The notes under the pieces: model-generated
What the model was told of the DNA's origin: nothing
The model's input: the letters and a program-made list of their open reading frames with translations, nothing else
Database searches by the model: none
Translations under genes and position numbers: made by a program
Assembly (NCBI GenBank): GCA_903926465.1
Contig: CAIYJE010000089.1
Coordinates: 8,945 to 72,944 of the forward strand
Direction of reading: 5' to 3'
From: an uncultured Planctomycetales bacterium
GTDB lineage: Bacteria; Planctomycetota; Planctomycetia; Isosphaerales; Isosphaeraceae
Length of the DNA stretch: 64,000 nt
In this document: positions 30,719-39,962 of the stretch, piece by piece
Numbering within the stretch: position 1 is the stretch's first letter
Layout: each line of letters begins with the position of its first letter

Positions 30719-33700
30719 ATGCACAGGCCGTTTGCGACAGTGATAACCGCATTCTGGTTCATGTCCGTTTGGAGCCTTGCGTTAGCCCAAGCTTTTGCAA
30801 GCCCACTCCAAACGCGAGCCGGCGGGCAGGCAGACGCCGGCACGGGGCGGGAAGCGGTCTCTCAGAAGGCGGGGAAGGGCACGGACGCTTCCAGCCGATT
30901 GGTGCTAAGTCTGGCCGTTAGCCCCAACGGTGAGCGGATTTTGAGCGGTGACTCCAATGGGTCTGTCACGCTCTACGCATCCGAAACGGGGGATCAGATC
31001 TGGACGGTCAAGGGCCATACCGGGCCTGTTGCCAGCGTTGCATTCAGTACTGACGGCGGGCTGGTCCTTAGCGGCGGTGCCGATGGCGTTTTGAAGCTCA
31101 TGGACCCGGACACGAACGGAGAGGAGTTACTGAGCATCCAGGGGTACGAAGGCCCAACCAACCAGCGCGCGATAACCAGTGTCTCCATCAGCCCCGATGG
31201 TAACCAATTCCTGAGCGCAGCTGGAGACAAAACGCTCAGACTTTGGGACAAGGAAACCGGCAAGGAAATTCGCTCCTTCAAAGGCCATGCCGATACGATC
31301 AGCGAGGCGGCCTTTAGCCCCAACGGCAAGCGGATTGTGAGTGGCGGCCGTGACAAATTGGTGATGGTGTGGGACGTAACCTCGGGCCAATCGGTTCACA
31401 TCCTCAAAGGGCACACGGGCCTGGTTTCAAGCGTGGATTTCAGCCACGACGGCAAACGGATCATCAGCGGCAGTTGGGACAAAACCCTGAAAATCTGGGA
31501 TGCGGAGACCGGTCAAGAACTAGCCACGCTCAAGGGTCACTCGAAGGGCGTGAACAGGTTGGCCATCAGCGGCGATGGGAAGCGAGTCCTCAGCGGCGGC
31601 AACGACAAAGAGTTGAATCTCTGGAATATCGACGACGGTGAGTCTCCGCAAAAGTTCGTGGGACACACCGGTGAAGTGATCGCGGTGGCGATCAACGCGG
31701 ATGGGACGCGGGTTGTGAGCGCTGGCAAGGATAAGCGGGTGCAAGTCTGGGATACCGAGAAGCTGAGCCCTTTGTTCGAGCTTGCCCTTGCAGATCAGCC
31801 GGAAGAAGTCGCGGAGGCCCCCAAGGCAACGGCAGAACGGAGCAAGGGGGCCAAAGGGTCGGCCGCGTCCAGTGATCAGCCGCTTCTGGCCATCAAGGTG
31901 CCCAACGGGGCGTCGAGACCGTCCTGGAGCAAAGACGGCCAGCGCATCGCGGCCGCAGTTGACTCTGTGCCCGCCGGGGCTGAGTCTGTGAAAGTTTGGA
32001 GTACTACCGATGGGCGCGAGCTGGCAACCCTTTCGGAACAACCGGGGCGGCTTGCATCCGCAATCATCAGTCCAGACGGTAAGCGGGTGATCAGTGTTGA
32101 CGGCAAGTCAATGGTCAAGGGCTGGGACGTTGGCAAGCGAACCGAGCAGTTCAGCTTCAAAGGGCCGAACGCCTTTGGTGTGATGACGTTCAGCCCCGAT
32201 GGGAAGTTTTTCATACTCGGCGGCTTCAATCCAATGGTGTCGATCCGTGATGCAGAGAAAGGGGGCGAGGTCCGCGCACTCAAATCTCAGGTGCGAAGCC
32301 AGTCGGTTGTGAGTGTGGCCTATAGCCCGGATGGCAAACGGGTGGCCGCTGGCACCATGGCAACGCCCGCACTCAGAAAGCCGGCCGACCTCAAGATCTG
32401 GGATGCAGAGACCGGCCAGGAATTGCTGACCATCCATCCCGCCATTAACGAGGCTGACATCACGGGCCTGGCCTTTAGTCCCGATGGCAAACGCATCGCC
32501 GCAGCCATTTCAGACAGGCTCAACCACAAGGGTGAGATTCAGGTTTGGGACACCGAGAAGGGCGAGGAAATTCTATCCCTTCAAGGACACAAGAAAGAGG
32601 CCATGAGCGTTGCTTACAGCCCTGATGGTAAGATCATCGCCACCGGCAGTGAGGACGGGACGTTCCGGCTCTGGGGAGCGGAGAACGGCATCGAGATACG
32701 AAGCTACAAGGTGACCGCGGAACGGACTACCGTCTCCTTCAGCCCTGACGGCAAACGTCTTGCCAGCACGGACCGCGGCGAAATCCGCATCTGGGATCTG
32801 AGCACGGTTGAGCCCCGACCAGGCGCAATACCGCAGGCCGTGGCCCGGACCAGCAAACCGAGTGGTGGCCAGGCCCAGGGGCAACAACCACCCGGCGGCA
32901 ATAGGCCCATGCGGCTCCAGGTTGGAACGCTTGTAAAAGTCGATAAGCCGATCCTCACCTTCAAGGGACACACGTTCCCGGTGAACAGCCTGGCCTACAC
33001 TGGCGACGGTAAGAAAATTGTCACGGGTAGTGGCGATAACACCGTGAAGATCTGGGATGCCGACAAGGGCACGGAACTCTTGACCCTCGAAGGGCATAAG
33101 CGAGGGGTCAATGGCGTGGTGTTTGACGCCGATGGCAAACGCGTGATCTCTTGCGCAGGTGACGGCACCATAAAGATCTGGGATGCGGTCAAGGGGACCG
33201 AGATCGCGACCTTGGGCCAGCCTAGCACTGCGTTTCACGATCTCTTCTGCGTGGACCTGAGCCCGGACGGCAAGCGGATCGCCAGTGGCAGCTTTGAAAA
33301 GACGATCACACTGTGGGACCCTGAAAAGAAGGCTGAAATCACCAAGCTCACCGGCCATAATGACCGGGTGACGACTCTTGCGTACAGTCCCGATGGTAAA
33401 CGGCTTGTGAGTGGAAGCGCTGGGAACACAGCACAAAAGACCATTGGCCAGGTCAAAATCTGGGATGTAGCCACGGGCAAGGAGATGCTGAATCTGGATC
33501 TGGGTATGGCTTCTGCAATGAAGGTAACCTTCAGCCCCGATGGCAAACACATTGCCGCCGCACTCGGAACCATGAACCCTCACTCCGGCGAGGTGAAGGT
33601 TTGGGACGCCGCCAAGGGGACCGAACTGTTTACCCTTCTTGCGGAGCACAAAGGCCCTGTCATGAGCGTGGCCTACAGTTCAGACGGCAAGCGTCTGGTC

Positions 33701-34741
33701 ACCGCTTCCTGGGATGCATCGATCCGAATCTGGGACGCGCAAAAGGGTGACGAACTCCGTGCTTTCCTTTACAGCAATCCTGCAGGGGCGATTTTCAGCC
33801 CCGATGGTCAACGGATTGCCAGTTCGATCAACGCAGGCTCGGGGTTCCAGATCTGGGATACGACCGAACCCAAACCCGACAAACCGGCTCCAACCGAGCC
33901 GGCAAAGGCCGCCGCCGCTGCCGCCCCTCAGCCGAAACCGGTTGCACCCAGCCGCCGCTCTAGCGCACGCAACACCGCCAAAGGAAACGCCCGCATGCCT
34001 GCCGGCGTGATGAATCAACCAGGCGGCAATAATCCGGGCGGCTTCCCTCCAGGACCAGACGGGCCAGGCTTCATGCCGGAAATGCCCGTCAATCGAGAAG
34101 CCGCCGAGCGCGTTGCACGGGCCTGCGCCGCCAAGGGAGATTGGGCCGGGGCTGTGCAAAACTACGCGCTGATGTTCCAGGCCCAGGGGATAGATAACGG
34201 CGAGCCTGGTTTTGAGGCTGCTGCCGTTTTGCTGCTTGCGGGAAACCGTGCCGTCTACCGCCAGACCTGTGCCGACCTCTATGATCGCAGCCCCTTGAAC
34301 CTCATCCGGCCATACCACATGGCTCGGGCCTTCACCCTGGCCCCCGATTCGATCAAGGACTTCTCAATCCCGTCGCGGAAGGCCGCTGACGAACTGATGC
34401 AAGCCCAGGGTGCACCCTGGGCTCTCACCCAGCGAGGCGCACTGGCCTGTCGTGCCGGCCAGTATGCCGAAGCGGCCAAGCTGCTGGAAGAGAGTGAGAA
34501 ACTCAACACGCCGCCTGGCGTCAAGGCGTTGAACTGGTTCTGGCTTGCAGTGCTGGAGGCCCGCCGCAACAACCCGGAAGCCGCCCGCACCTGGCTGGAA
34601 AAAGGGACCAAATGGATGAGCCAGGTCTCGCCCGATGGTATCACGATGCCCGCCAATCCCAACGCCTATGGAGTCGATTTGCACAACTGGCTGGAGTATG
34701 TGATCCTCCGCAGAGAGGCCGAAGCCCTGCTCCGGAAATAA
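30719..34741 (+). CDS. secreted WD40-repeat protein (three 7-bladed propellers) with Pro-rich linker and helical TPR-like C-terminal domain
   Basis: Signal peptide MHRPFATVITAFWFMSVWSLALAQA. I count 21 repeats of the type GH...V.SVAFSPDGKR..SGS.D.T.K.WD, in three blocks of 7. A PAPTEPAKAAAAAAPQPKP linker follows, then about 250 aa of helical repeats. Confidence 0.9.
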   Translation: MHRPFATVITAFWFMSVWSLALAQAFASPLQTRAGGQADAGTGREAVSQKAGKGTDASSRLVLSLAVSPNGERILSGDSNGSVTLYASETGDQIWTVKGHTGPVASVAFSTDGGLVLSGGADGVLKLMDPDTNGEELLSIQGYEGPTNQRAITSVSISPDGNQFLSAAGDKTLRLWDKETGKEIRSFKGHADTISEAAFSPNGKRIVSGGRDKLVMVWDVTSGQSVHILKGHTGLVSSVDFSHDGKRIISGSWDKTLKIWDAETGQELATLKGHSKGVNRLAISGDGKRVLSGGNDKELNLWNIDDGESPQKFVGHTGEVIAVAINADGTRVVSAGKDKRVQVWDTEKLSPLFELALADQPEEVAEAPKATAERSKGAKGSAASSDQPLLAIKVPNGASRPSWSKDGQRIAAAVDSVPAGAESVKVWSTTDGRELATLSEQPGRLASAIISPDGKRVISVDGKSMVKGWDVGKRTEQFSFKGPNAFGVMTFSPDGKFFILGGFNPMVSIRDAEKGGEVRALKSQVRSQSVVSVAYSPDGKRVAAGTMATPALRKPADLKIWDAETGQELLTIHPAINEADITGLAFSPDGKRIAAAISDRLNHKGEIQVWDTEKGEEILSLQGHKKEAMSVAYSPDGKIIATGSEDGTFRLWGAENGIEIRSYKVTAERTTVSFSPDGKRLASTDRGEIRIWDLSTVEPRPGAIPQAVARTSKPSGGQAQGQQPPGGNRPMRLQVGTLVKVDKPILTFKGHTFPVNSLAYTGDGKKIVTGSGDNTVKIWDADKGTELLTLEGHKRGVNGVVFDADGKRVISCAGDGTIKIWDAVKGTEIATLGQPSTAFHDLFCVDLSPDGKRIASGSFEKTITLWDPEKKAEITKLTGHNDRVTTLAYSPDGKRLVSGSAGNTAQKTIGQVKIWDVATGKEMLNLDLGMASAMKVTFSPDGKHIAAALGTMNPHSGEVKVWDAAKGTELFTLLAEHKGPVMSVAYSSDGKRLVTASWDASIRIWDAQKGDELRAFLYSNPAGAIFSPDGQRIASSINAGSGFQIWDTTEPKPDKPAPTEPAKAAAAAAPQPKPVAPSRRSSARNTAKGNARMPAGVMNQPGGNNPGGFPPGPDGPGFMPEMPVNREAAERVARACAAKGDWAGAVQNYALMFQAQGIDNGEPGFEAAAVLLLAGNRAVYRQTCADLYDRSPLNLIRPYHMARAFTLAPDSIKDFSIPSRKAADELMQAQGAPWALTQRGALACRAGQYAEAAKLLEESEKLNTPPGVKALNWFWLAVLEARRNNPEAARTWLEKGTKWMSQVSPDGITMPANPNAYGVDLHNWLEYVILRREAEALLRK

Positions 34742-34977
34742 CCTGGACTCCAGGAACGATCATCAGAATATTTTCTACCGACAGTCTTCCATTGCGAATC
34801 TTCGGTGGAACCGCAGCCCTTCGCGTTGGGATCAAGGCAAAAGAAACAGCCCGGGCTGATCTCTTCCACGATCTTGCTGTTGTTCAGATCGGTGGTGAGC
34901 ACAGAAACAGGAAAGCGGTTCCAAAACCGGGTAAGGGCGTGAGCCGATCCCCGTTCTGAAACCGCTTAACAGCAAAC

Positions 34978-35508
34978 TCAGTGTGTGCCCAGCGCTTCCA
35001 GAATGCAGGCCATGAAGGCAGGCAAGTCATCGGGAGTACGGCTGGTGATGATGTTGCCGTCGCGAACCACGGCCGCGTCTTCCCACACGCCGCCGGCGTT
35101 CTCAACGTCGTCACGAATGGCGAAGAAGCCAGTGGTCTTCTTCCCCTTGAGGCAGTGAGCCGAGCAAAGCATCCAGGGGCCGTGGCAGATGGCGGCCAGG
35201 ATTTTCCCTTGCTTGGCGGCCTCGGTGACCAACTCGACCATTGGCTGGCAGCGCCTCATATGGTCGGGCGAGTATCCGCCCGGGATGATCACGGCCTCAA
35301 AGTCAGACGCCTTCACGTCGGCGGCAGCCACTTCCGACTTGCAGGGGTAGCCGTGCTTGGAAGCGTAACTTTCGCCCGCCTTGGGTCCCACAAGCTGAAC
35401 CTCAAAGCCGGCCTCGCGCAGCCGGAGCACTGGATACCAGAGTTCCAGATCCTCATAAAACTTTTCGACGAGGACCGCAACGCGCCTGGCTGAATTCTTG
35501 GGCTTCAT
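34978..35508 (-). CDS. DJ-1/PfpI family protein (type 1 glutamine amidotransferase-like)
   Basis: VAVLVEKFYEDLELWYP..., AVIIPGG, and the nucleophile elbow AAICHGPW. Confidence 0.9.
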   Translation of the reverse strand: MKPKNSARRVAVLVEKFYEDLELWYPVLRLREAGFEVQLVGPKAGESYASKHGYPCKSEVAAADVKASDFEAVIIPGGYSPDHMRRCQPMVELVTEAAKQGKILAAICHGPWMLCSAHCLKGKKTTGFFAIRDDVENAGGVWEDAAVVRDGNIITSRTPDDLPAFMACILEALGTH

Positions 35509-35812
35509 GGCAAAGGCTCCAAAACTGTGGAGTTCGAGATCGTTCAAAAGCAAACGGTCAGGATTTCTGTGAATCCCGACCTCAGAATGAACAGATTGTA
35601 GTCCCGAACCGGTCAGGATGTCGCCATCAGGCGGTCCAGATCATTCCCTTCGACTTTTGAGGTAGCGGGAAATTCAAGGGATGAGGGGAAAGAAGATTTC
35701 TGGCAATCGTCAGGTTGCCCAGTCGGTAAACTTGATTCAAGGACAGAATGCGAGTGTCCTCTCTTAGCCTTTCATCCAGTTCAATTCCCGGTCGTTCCGG
35801 CCGGACCGCTAT

Positions 35813-36190
35813 TCACAGGGAATGGATTCGCATGAACTCGGCAATTTCTGTTTTGCTCAGCGCACCGGTGGTTGTCGCGAGAACTAATTCAACGAGTTCT
35901 TGAACAGTTGCATCAATGGTCACGCCGTTGATCTCAAGAAAAATGAGAGCCGCTTCGAGGCCGACTCGTTTGTTGCCGTCCACAAATGGATGGTTCATCA
36001 CCAACTGATAGAGATAGGCAGCAGCCATTTCAAAGATATCTACATGCAGGTATTGACCGCCAAACCCTGCTTGTGGCTGTGAGATGGCAGACTGAAGCAA
36101 ACCGATATCGCGAACACCCTAACTTCCACCATAGGTCTCAATCTGAACCTGGTGGGATTCGAGGATGTCATCCAAACTAAGGAATAACAT
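35813..36190 (-). pseudogene. doc: Doc (death-on-curing, Fic-fold) toxin gene interrupted by an in-frame TAG at codon 24
   Basis: ATG at 36190-36188 gives MLFLSLDDILESHQVQIETYGGS. A TAG follows at 36121-36119. The same frame then continues GVRDIGLLQSAISQPQ...MNHPFVDGNKRVG... to the stop at 35813. That is 126 codons in total, with the Fic motif HPFVDGNKR intact. Confidence 0.75.
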
Positions 36191-36196
36191 TGGCGC

Positions 36197-36424
36197 TTAC
36201 TCCGCTAGCTTTTTGAATGCCTTTGAATGCTTGGCATTCACTTGAGCGCGTGCCGCACGAACCTTGGCATTCTTGTCATCGGCATCGACAGGCATAATCC
36301 GAATCGATTTGCCGTCGGTCGTCAGTTCAACCTGTGCAGTTGGGTCGATTTTCAGTAGATCGAGTATCGGGCGATCGATCACCACGGCCCAGCTATTGCC
36401 GTGTTTCACCAAATTCTTGATCAT
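36197..36424 (-). CDS. AbrB/MazE/SpoVT-family antitoxin (Phd-role partner of Doc)
   Basis: 75 aa from the internal ATG: MIKNLVKHGNSWAVVIDRPILDLLKIDP... (swapped-hairpin SpoVT/AbrB signature). Its stop lies 6 nt before the Doc ATG, and a GGAG ribosome-binding site for doc sits inside its 3' end. Confidence 0.75.
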   Translation of the reverse strand: MIKNLVKHGNSWAVVIDRPILDLLKIDPTAQVELTTDGKSIRIMPVDADDKNAKVRAARAQVNAKHSKAFKKLAE

Positions 36425-36670
36425 GGATAAGCTCCTCTTATGGTCGACCAATGTTATATCATCGTTGCGTTTGCTCCGAGCGAAGTCAAGGCAGGCTTCG
36501 TCGGCCATGGGCCGGGACAATGAGTCGGCAATCCAAACTCCAATCACTCGACTTCAACGACCCACGCCTCAATCGGTTGCGGCGAAGCGCATTACCCGTT
36601 ACCACGATTGATAAGCGGGCGGATCTCGCTAAGGCTAAGGCCAAAGTCTGTTCAGCCAGGGTTGCTGGTC

Positions 36671-36723
36671 GGGATGTGCGCTCGCTCGCAGGCGTTCTAG
36701 CGCACATCCCTTTCCTATTTTTT
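36671..36723 (+). terminator. strong plus-strand Rho-independent terminator with no annotated upstream plus-strand gene
   Basis: GGGATGTGCGCT (36671-82), a 16-nt loop, AGCGCACATCCC (36699-710), then TTTCCTATTTTTT. Confidence 0.6.
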
Positions 36724-36839
36724 AGGCGAATCCTGGTTCCGCGTGCCGTGCAGCCTTCCAGGTTCACGCGATCCGGTCCGCCCAGCCTTTGGACAGTGGC
36801 TCGTCGCAATACTCGAATCGCCGCTGTGCAACCGCTTGA

Positions 36840-37292
36840 ATGTTGACTTCACCTCGGTGGAAATCATGGCCTTGCCGCCGCGAAACAGGCGGCCCGTGTT
36901 ATTCACCAGTTGCAGTGAATAGCCCCAAGCCCAGACCATCAACCGAAGAGCTTACGCACGTGATACGCATCGACCGAGAGAAGGTTTTAACCATTTATCA
37001 GTTGAAGGCTTATGTGAATTCGATACGTGCGTTTCAGGGTGACGAAACCGAGGATCAGGATGGAGCACCCTATTCGCTCGATCGGTTGGTTGCTGGTCTG
37101 GCCATTGGCGAGAACAATGGCGATGTTCTGTTCCTCGATCCGGAAAATGGATATTCCGTTTGGATCTGGCATCACGACGGCTCAGATGTTGAACGACTGG
37201 CTGATTCGTTCGATCTGTGGATCGAAATGGCAACGTCTGATGAAGGGGATGGAGATGATGTCGCCGTTGAGGACGACGAAGACGATCGTTGA
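36840..37292 (+). CDS. SMI1/KNR4 (SUKH-1)-like protein with acidic tail; N-terminus doubtful
   Basis: The C-terminal half IGENNGDVLFLDPENGYSVWIWHHDGSDVERLADSFDLWIE matches the SUKH-1 pattern (G.gd.l.ld...g.V..w.H......la.sF.e.l). The first ~40 codons (W/C/R/P-rich) look non-coding. An alternative GTG start lies at 36960. Confidence 0.45.
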   Translation: MLTSPRWKSWPCRRETGGPCYSPVAVNSPKPRPSTEELTHVIRIDREKVLTIYQLKAYVNSIRAFQGDETEDQDGAPYSLDRLVAGLAIGENNGDVLFLDPENGYSVWIWHHDGSDVERLADSFDLWIEMATSDEGDGDDVAVEDDEDDR

Positions 37293-37481
37293 GTAGGCCT
37301 TCACTGGAACCAGCAGGCAAGAAGAACCAAGTCGATATCGGCGATCAGCCCTTCGATGAGAACTCGAAGGGACTTGATCGCGACGCCAAGCTGCACGCCC
37401 CAAGGCCTGAAAGCTATCAGAAGACCGTTTGTCGTAGAGATCCGCGCGGGTTTCATTGCGCGTATGATCCGGAATCGTGGC

Positions 37482-38576
37482 TCAGGCGTTTGAAGCGGCC
37501 GAATTTGCCTTTTCTGCGGCCAGCAGTTCGGCCACCGCGCGCTCCAGCCCCTGCTGGGTGGTGAATGGGGGCTGGTATCCCAGTTGCGTGCGTGCCTTGG
37601 CAATTGAGTAGTCGAGGTTCAAGCCCAGAAACTTGTAGCGGGCCATGTTGATCAGCGGCGGTTCGGTGGCCTTCTTGCGGCGGGCGCGACGTTCCATCCC
37701 CTTGGCCAGCCAGTAGGCGATCGGCCTTGGAATCTTGCGGGTTGGCTCTGTTAGCCCGGCCAGTTTCGCCACGGTGCCCACAAACTGCCGCTTGGTGACC
37801 GGCTCACCGTCGGTCAGGTTATAGACCTGGCCAGAGGCCGCAGGAGTCTCGGCAGCCAGAAAAATGCCGTACGCCAGGTTCTTCACGTAGATGCAGTTCA
37901 GGGCCTGCTGGCCAGACCCGAAGTAGGCAAACACCTTGGAACGGAGCCTGGTCAGCAACTTGGGAAGCACCGTCCGGTCTCGCTCTCCGTAGATGAACCC
38001 CGGACGGACGATCGCCACATCCAGCTTGCGCTCAGCGGCTGGGACCGTGGATTTTTTGAGAGCTTCCTCAACGTAAGGCAGCATGGTTGCAGGCCCCTCG
38101 GGCCGGTACGCCAGCACGAGCAACTCCGCCTCGGTCTTGGAGCGAGTGTAGGCATCAAGCGAGTTCAGGGCCGGTGGCGTGGTCTCGTCGGTGCCGTGGT
38201 GGTCACGCCCTTCGTAGACCCCCAGTGAACTCACGTGCACAAACCGAGAGACCTTGGCCTTGGTGGCGGCGTCCAGCAAAAGCTGAAGTGCATCCACGTT
38301 CAGGCGGCGGAAATCGTCGAGGTCGCCCCAGTCACCCACCTTGGCCGCACAATTGATTACCCAGTCGGCCCCGTTCACGCCCTGGGCTAGGGCGTTCGTA
38401 TCTTCCAGGTCGCCCAGGACCTTCTCAACGCCCCAGGCATCAAGCTGCCGCGTGTCGCTAGAGCCGCGCACCAGCACCCGGACCTTGTGGCCTCTGGCCA
38501 GCGCTTCCTCAACCACATGGCTGCCCACCAGGCCTGTTCCGCCGGTAATGAAGATTGTACGTGTTGGGCCTGGCAT
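37482..38576 (-). CDS. NAD-dependent epimerase/dehydratase (extended SDR) family protein
   Basis: IFITGGTGLVGSHVV (GxxGxxG) and catalytic YTRSK (YxxxK). Start taken at the internal ATG 38576. Confidence 0.85.
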   Translation of the reverse strand: MPGPTRTIFITGGTGLVGSHVVEEALARGHKVRVLVRGSSDTRQLDAWGVEKVLGDLEDTNALAQGVNGADWVINCAAKVGDWGDLDDFRRLNVDALQLLLDAATKAKVSRFVHVSSLGVYEGRDHHGTDETTPPALNSLDAYTRSKTEAELLVLAYRPEGPATMLPYVEEALKKSTVPAAERKLDVAIVRPGFIYGERDRTVLPKLLTRLRSKVFAYFGSGQQALNCIYVKNLAYGIFLAAETPAASGQVYNLTDGEPVTKRQFVGTVAKLAGLTEPTRKIPRPIAYWLAKGMERRARRKKATEPPLINMARYKFLGLNLDYSIAKARTQLGYQPPFTTQQGLERAVAELLAAEKANSAASNA

Positions 38577-38737
38577 GGTATTGGCTCGTTGAGATGAGAT
38601 CCACGGGATGAGGATAACCTTGAGCACAAACCTAGCCCACGGGCAAGCTGGGTCAAGCCGGTAGCCATCGCTGAAAGGCACGATTTCAGCAATCGTGCCG
38701 ATTCTTCATCCTCTGACCCAGCTTTCAGCCTGACCGA

Positions 38738-39310
38738 TCAGGGAATTGAGTACCCCAGTTCCCTGAGAATTGACGTCAGGGCCATCAGCGGCAGGCCGGT
38801 GATCGCCGTAGGATCGGCCGACTCGACGCGCTCAAATAACGTCACACCCAGGCACTCAATCTTGTAAGCCCCCGCGCAGTCCACCGGCTGGTCGGCCTGC
38901 ACGTATCTCTGAATTTCCTGGGCCGCCAGCCGGCGCATGGTCAGGCGCGTGATATCCGTGTGTGGAATCACCCGGCCGTTCTGAATCACGCAGAGCGCGG
39001 TGATCAACTCATGGGTGCGGCCGCTCAACAGGGCCAGTTGAGAGCAGGCGGCGGAAACTCCACCAGGTTTCCCCAGGATCTGGCCGTCAATCACGGCCAT
39101 CTGGTCCGAGCCAATCACGGTGGCGTCCGGGAACCGGTCCGCCACCGCCATAGCTTTTTCAAACGCCAAGCGTTCCGCCAGAATTCGCGGAGCGTCTCCT
39201 CGCGCAGCGATGGCAGACTCATCCACGCCTGGCGGAACACATTCAAAGGGAAGCCCTAGCCGCTCCAAGAGCGCCCGGCGGTACGGTGAGGTGCTGCCAA
39301 GGATCAACAT
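38738..39310 (-). CDS. maf: Maf family nucleoside-triphosphate pyrophosphatase
   Basis: MLILGSTSPYRRALLERLGLPF..., GSDQ..., GAYKIE blocks. 190 aa. Confidence 0.9.
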   Translation of the reverse strand: MLILGSTSPYRRALLERLGLPFECVPPGVDESAIAARGDAPRILAERLAFEKAMAVADRFPDATVIGSDQMAVIDGQILGKPGGVSAACSQLALLSGRTHELITALCVIQNGRVIPHTDITRLTMRRLAAQEIQRYVQADQPVDCAGAYKIECLGVTLFERVESADPTAITGLPLMALTSILRELGYSIP

Positions 39311-39864
39311 CAGTGGGGTTCGGGAGAGCTGGAGGGTTGGTCTTCGTCCTCGTAAGAGTCACCCCCGCCCACGCCTACACTGACCAGATCCTCGCTCAGC
39401 GATTCTTCGGTCCAGGAACTGACGATCACACCGGAGACCGGCTCAGATTCCTCGGCCGCCTTCACGCTGTCACCCATCCGCATCCCTTCTGGCCAGATAT
39501 GAAAGCCCCCTTTCCAGGGTGGGTCGATCATCTCCCAGGTGCCCCAGATCCCTCGGCCTTCGTTGTAGCCCATGTAGGCAACATCATGTTTGCCCAGGTA
39601 TTTCTTGCTGAGCCAGCATTTTCCGGTCTCGGTCTCGTACCGACCTGTGACCACAAAAGAGCCAACCCAGTCTCGTCCCTCACCTCGAATTTTTCCTTCG
39701 AGGAATGAGAGGTGAAGCTCCATCCAGTGCCGGCCGGGCAGGGCTGGTTGCAAGAAGAACCCAGTCCATGGTCCAGAAGGGAACCGTTCATCGGTTTCGT
39801 TCTGGGGCAGGGCGGTTGGTGGTGTGGCTGGAGGTAGTGGTGGCGTGGGTGTCTCGCTCATCAA
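39310..39864 (-). CDS. hypothetical protein (Pro-rich N-terminus, acidic C-terminus), translationally coupled to maf
   Basis: 184-aa ORF. Its TGA overlaps the maf ATG (TGATG). The core reads W.GFF.Q....H.MEL.L.F..GKI.GEG.D.VG.F...G.Y. Not recognised. Confidence 0.6.
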   Translation of the reverse strand: MMSETPTPPLPPATPPTALPQNETDERFPSGPWTGFFLQPALPGRHWMELHLSFLEGKIRGEGRDWVGSFVVTGRYETETGKCWLSKKYLGKHDVAYMGYNEGRGIWGTWEMIDPPWKGGFHIWPEGMRMGDSVKAAEESEPVSGVIVSSWTEESLSEDLVSVGVGGGDSYEDEDQPSSSPEPH

Positions 39865-39962
39865 AGGCAGTCTCTCGCCGGTCTAATGGTCGCGCGTAGC
39901 ACAGGGAACGATCAAAACAATCGTTCCCTGTCATGAAGATATTAGGGTTCGTGGGCCAAATC

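Noticed and set aside
30719-34741. Periodic nucleotide repetition that could be mistaken for a tandem-repeat or CRISPR-like array.
   Set aside because: The periodicity is the ~126-nt WD40 blade repeat inside one continuous ORF. The copies are diverged at the DNA level, and there are no identical direct repeats with unique spacers.
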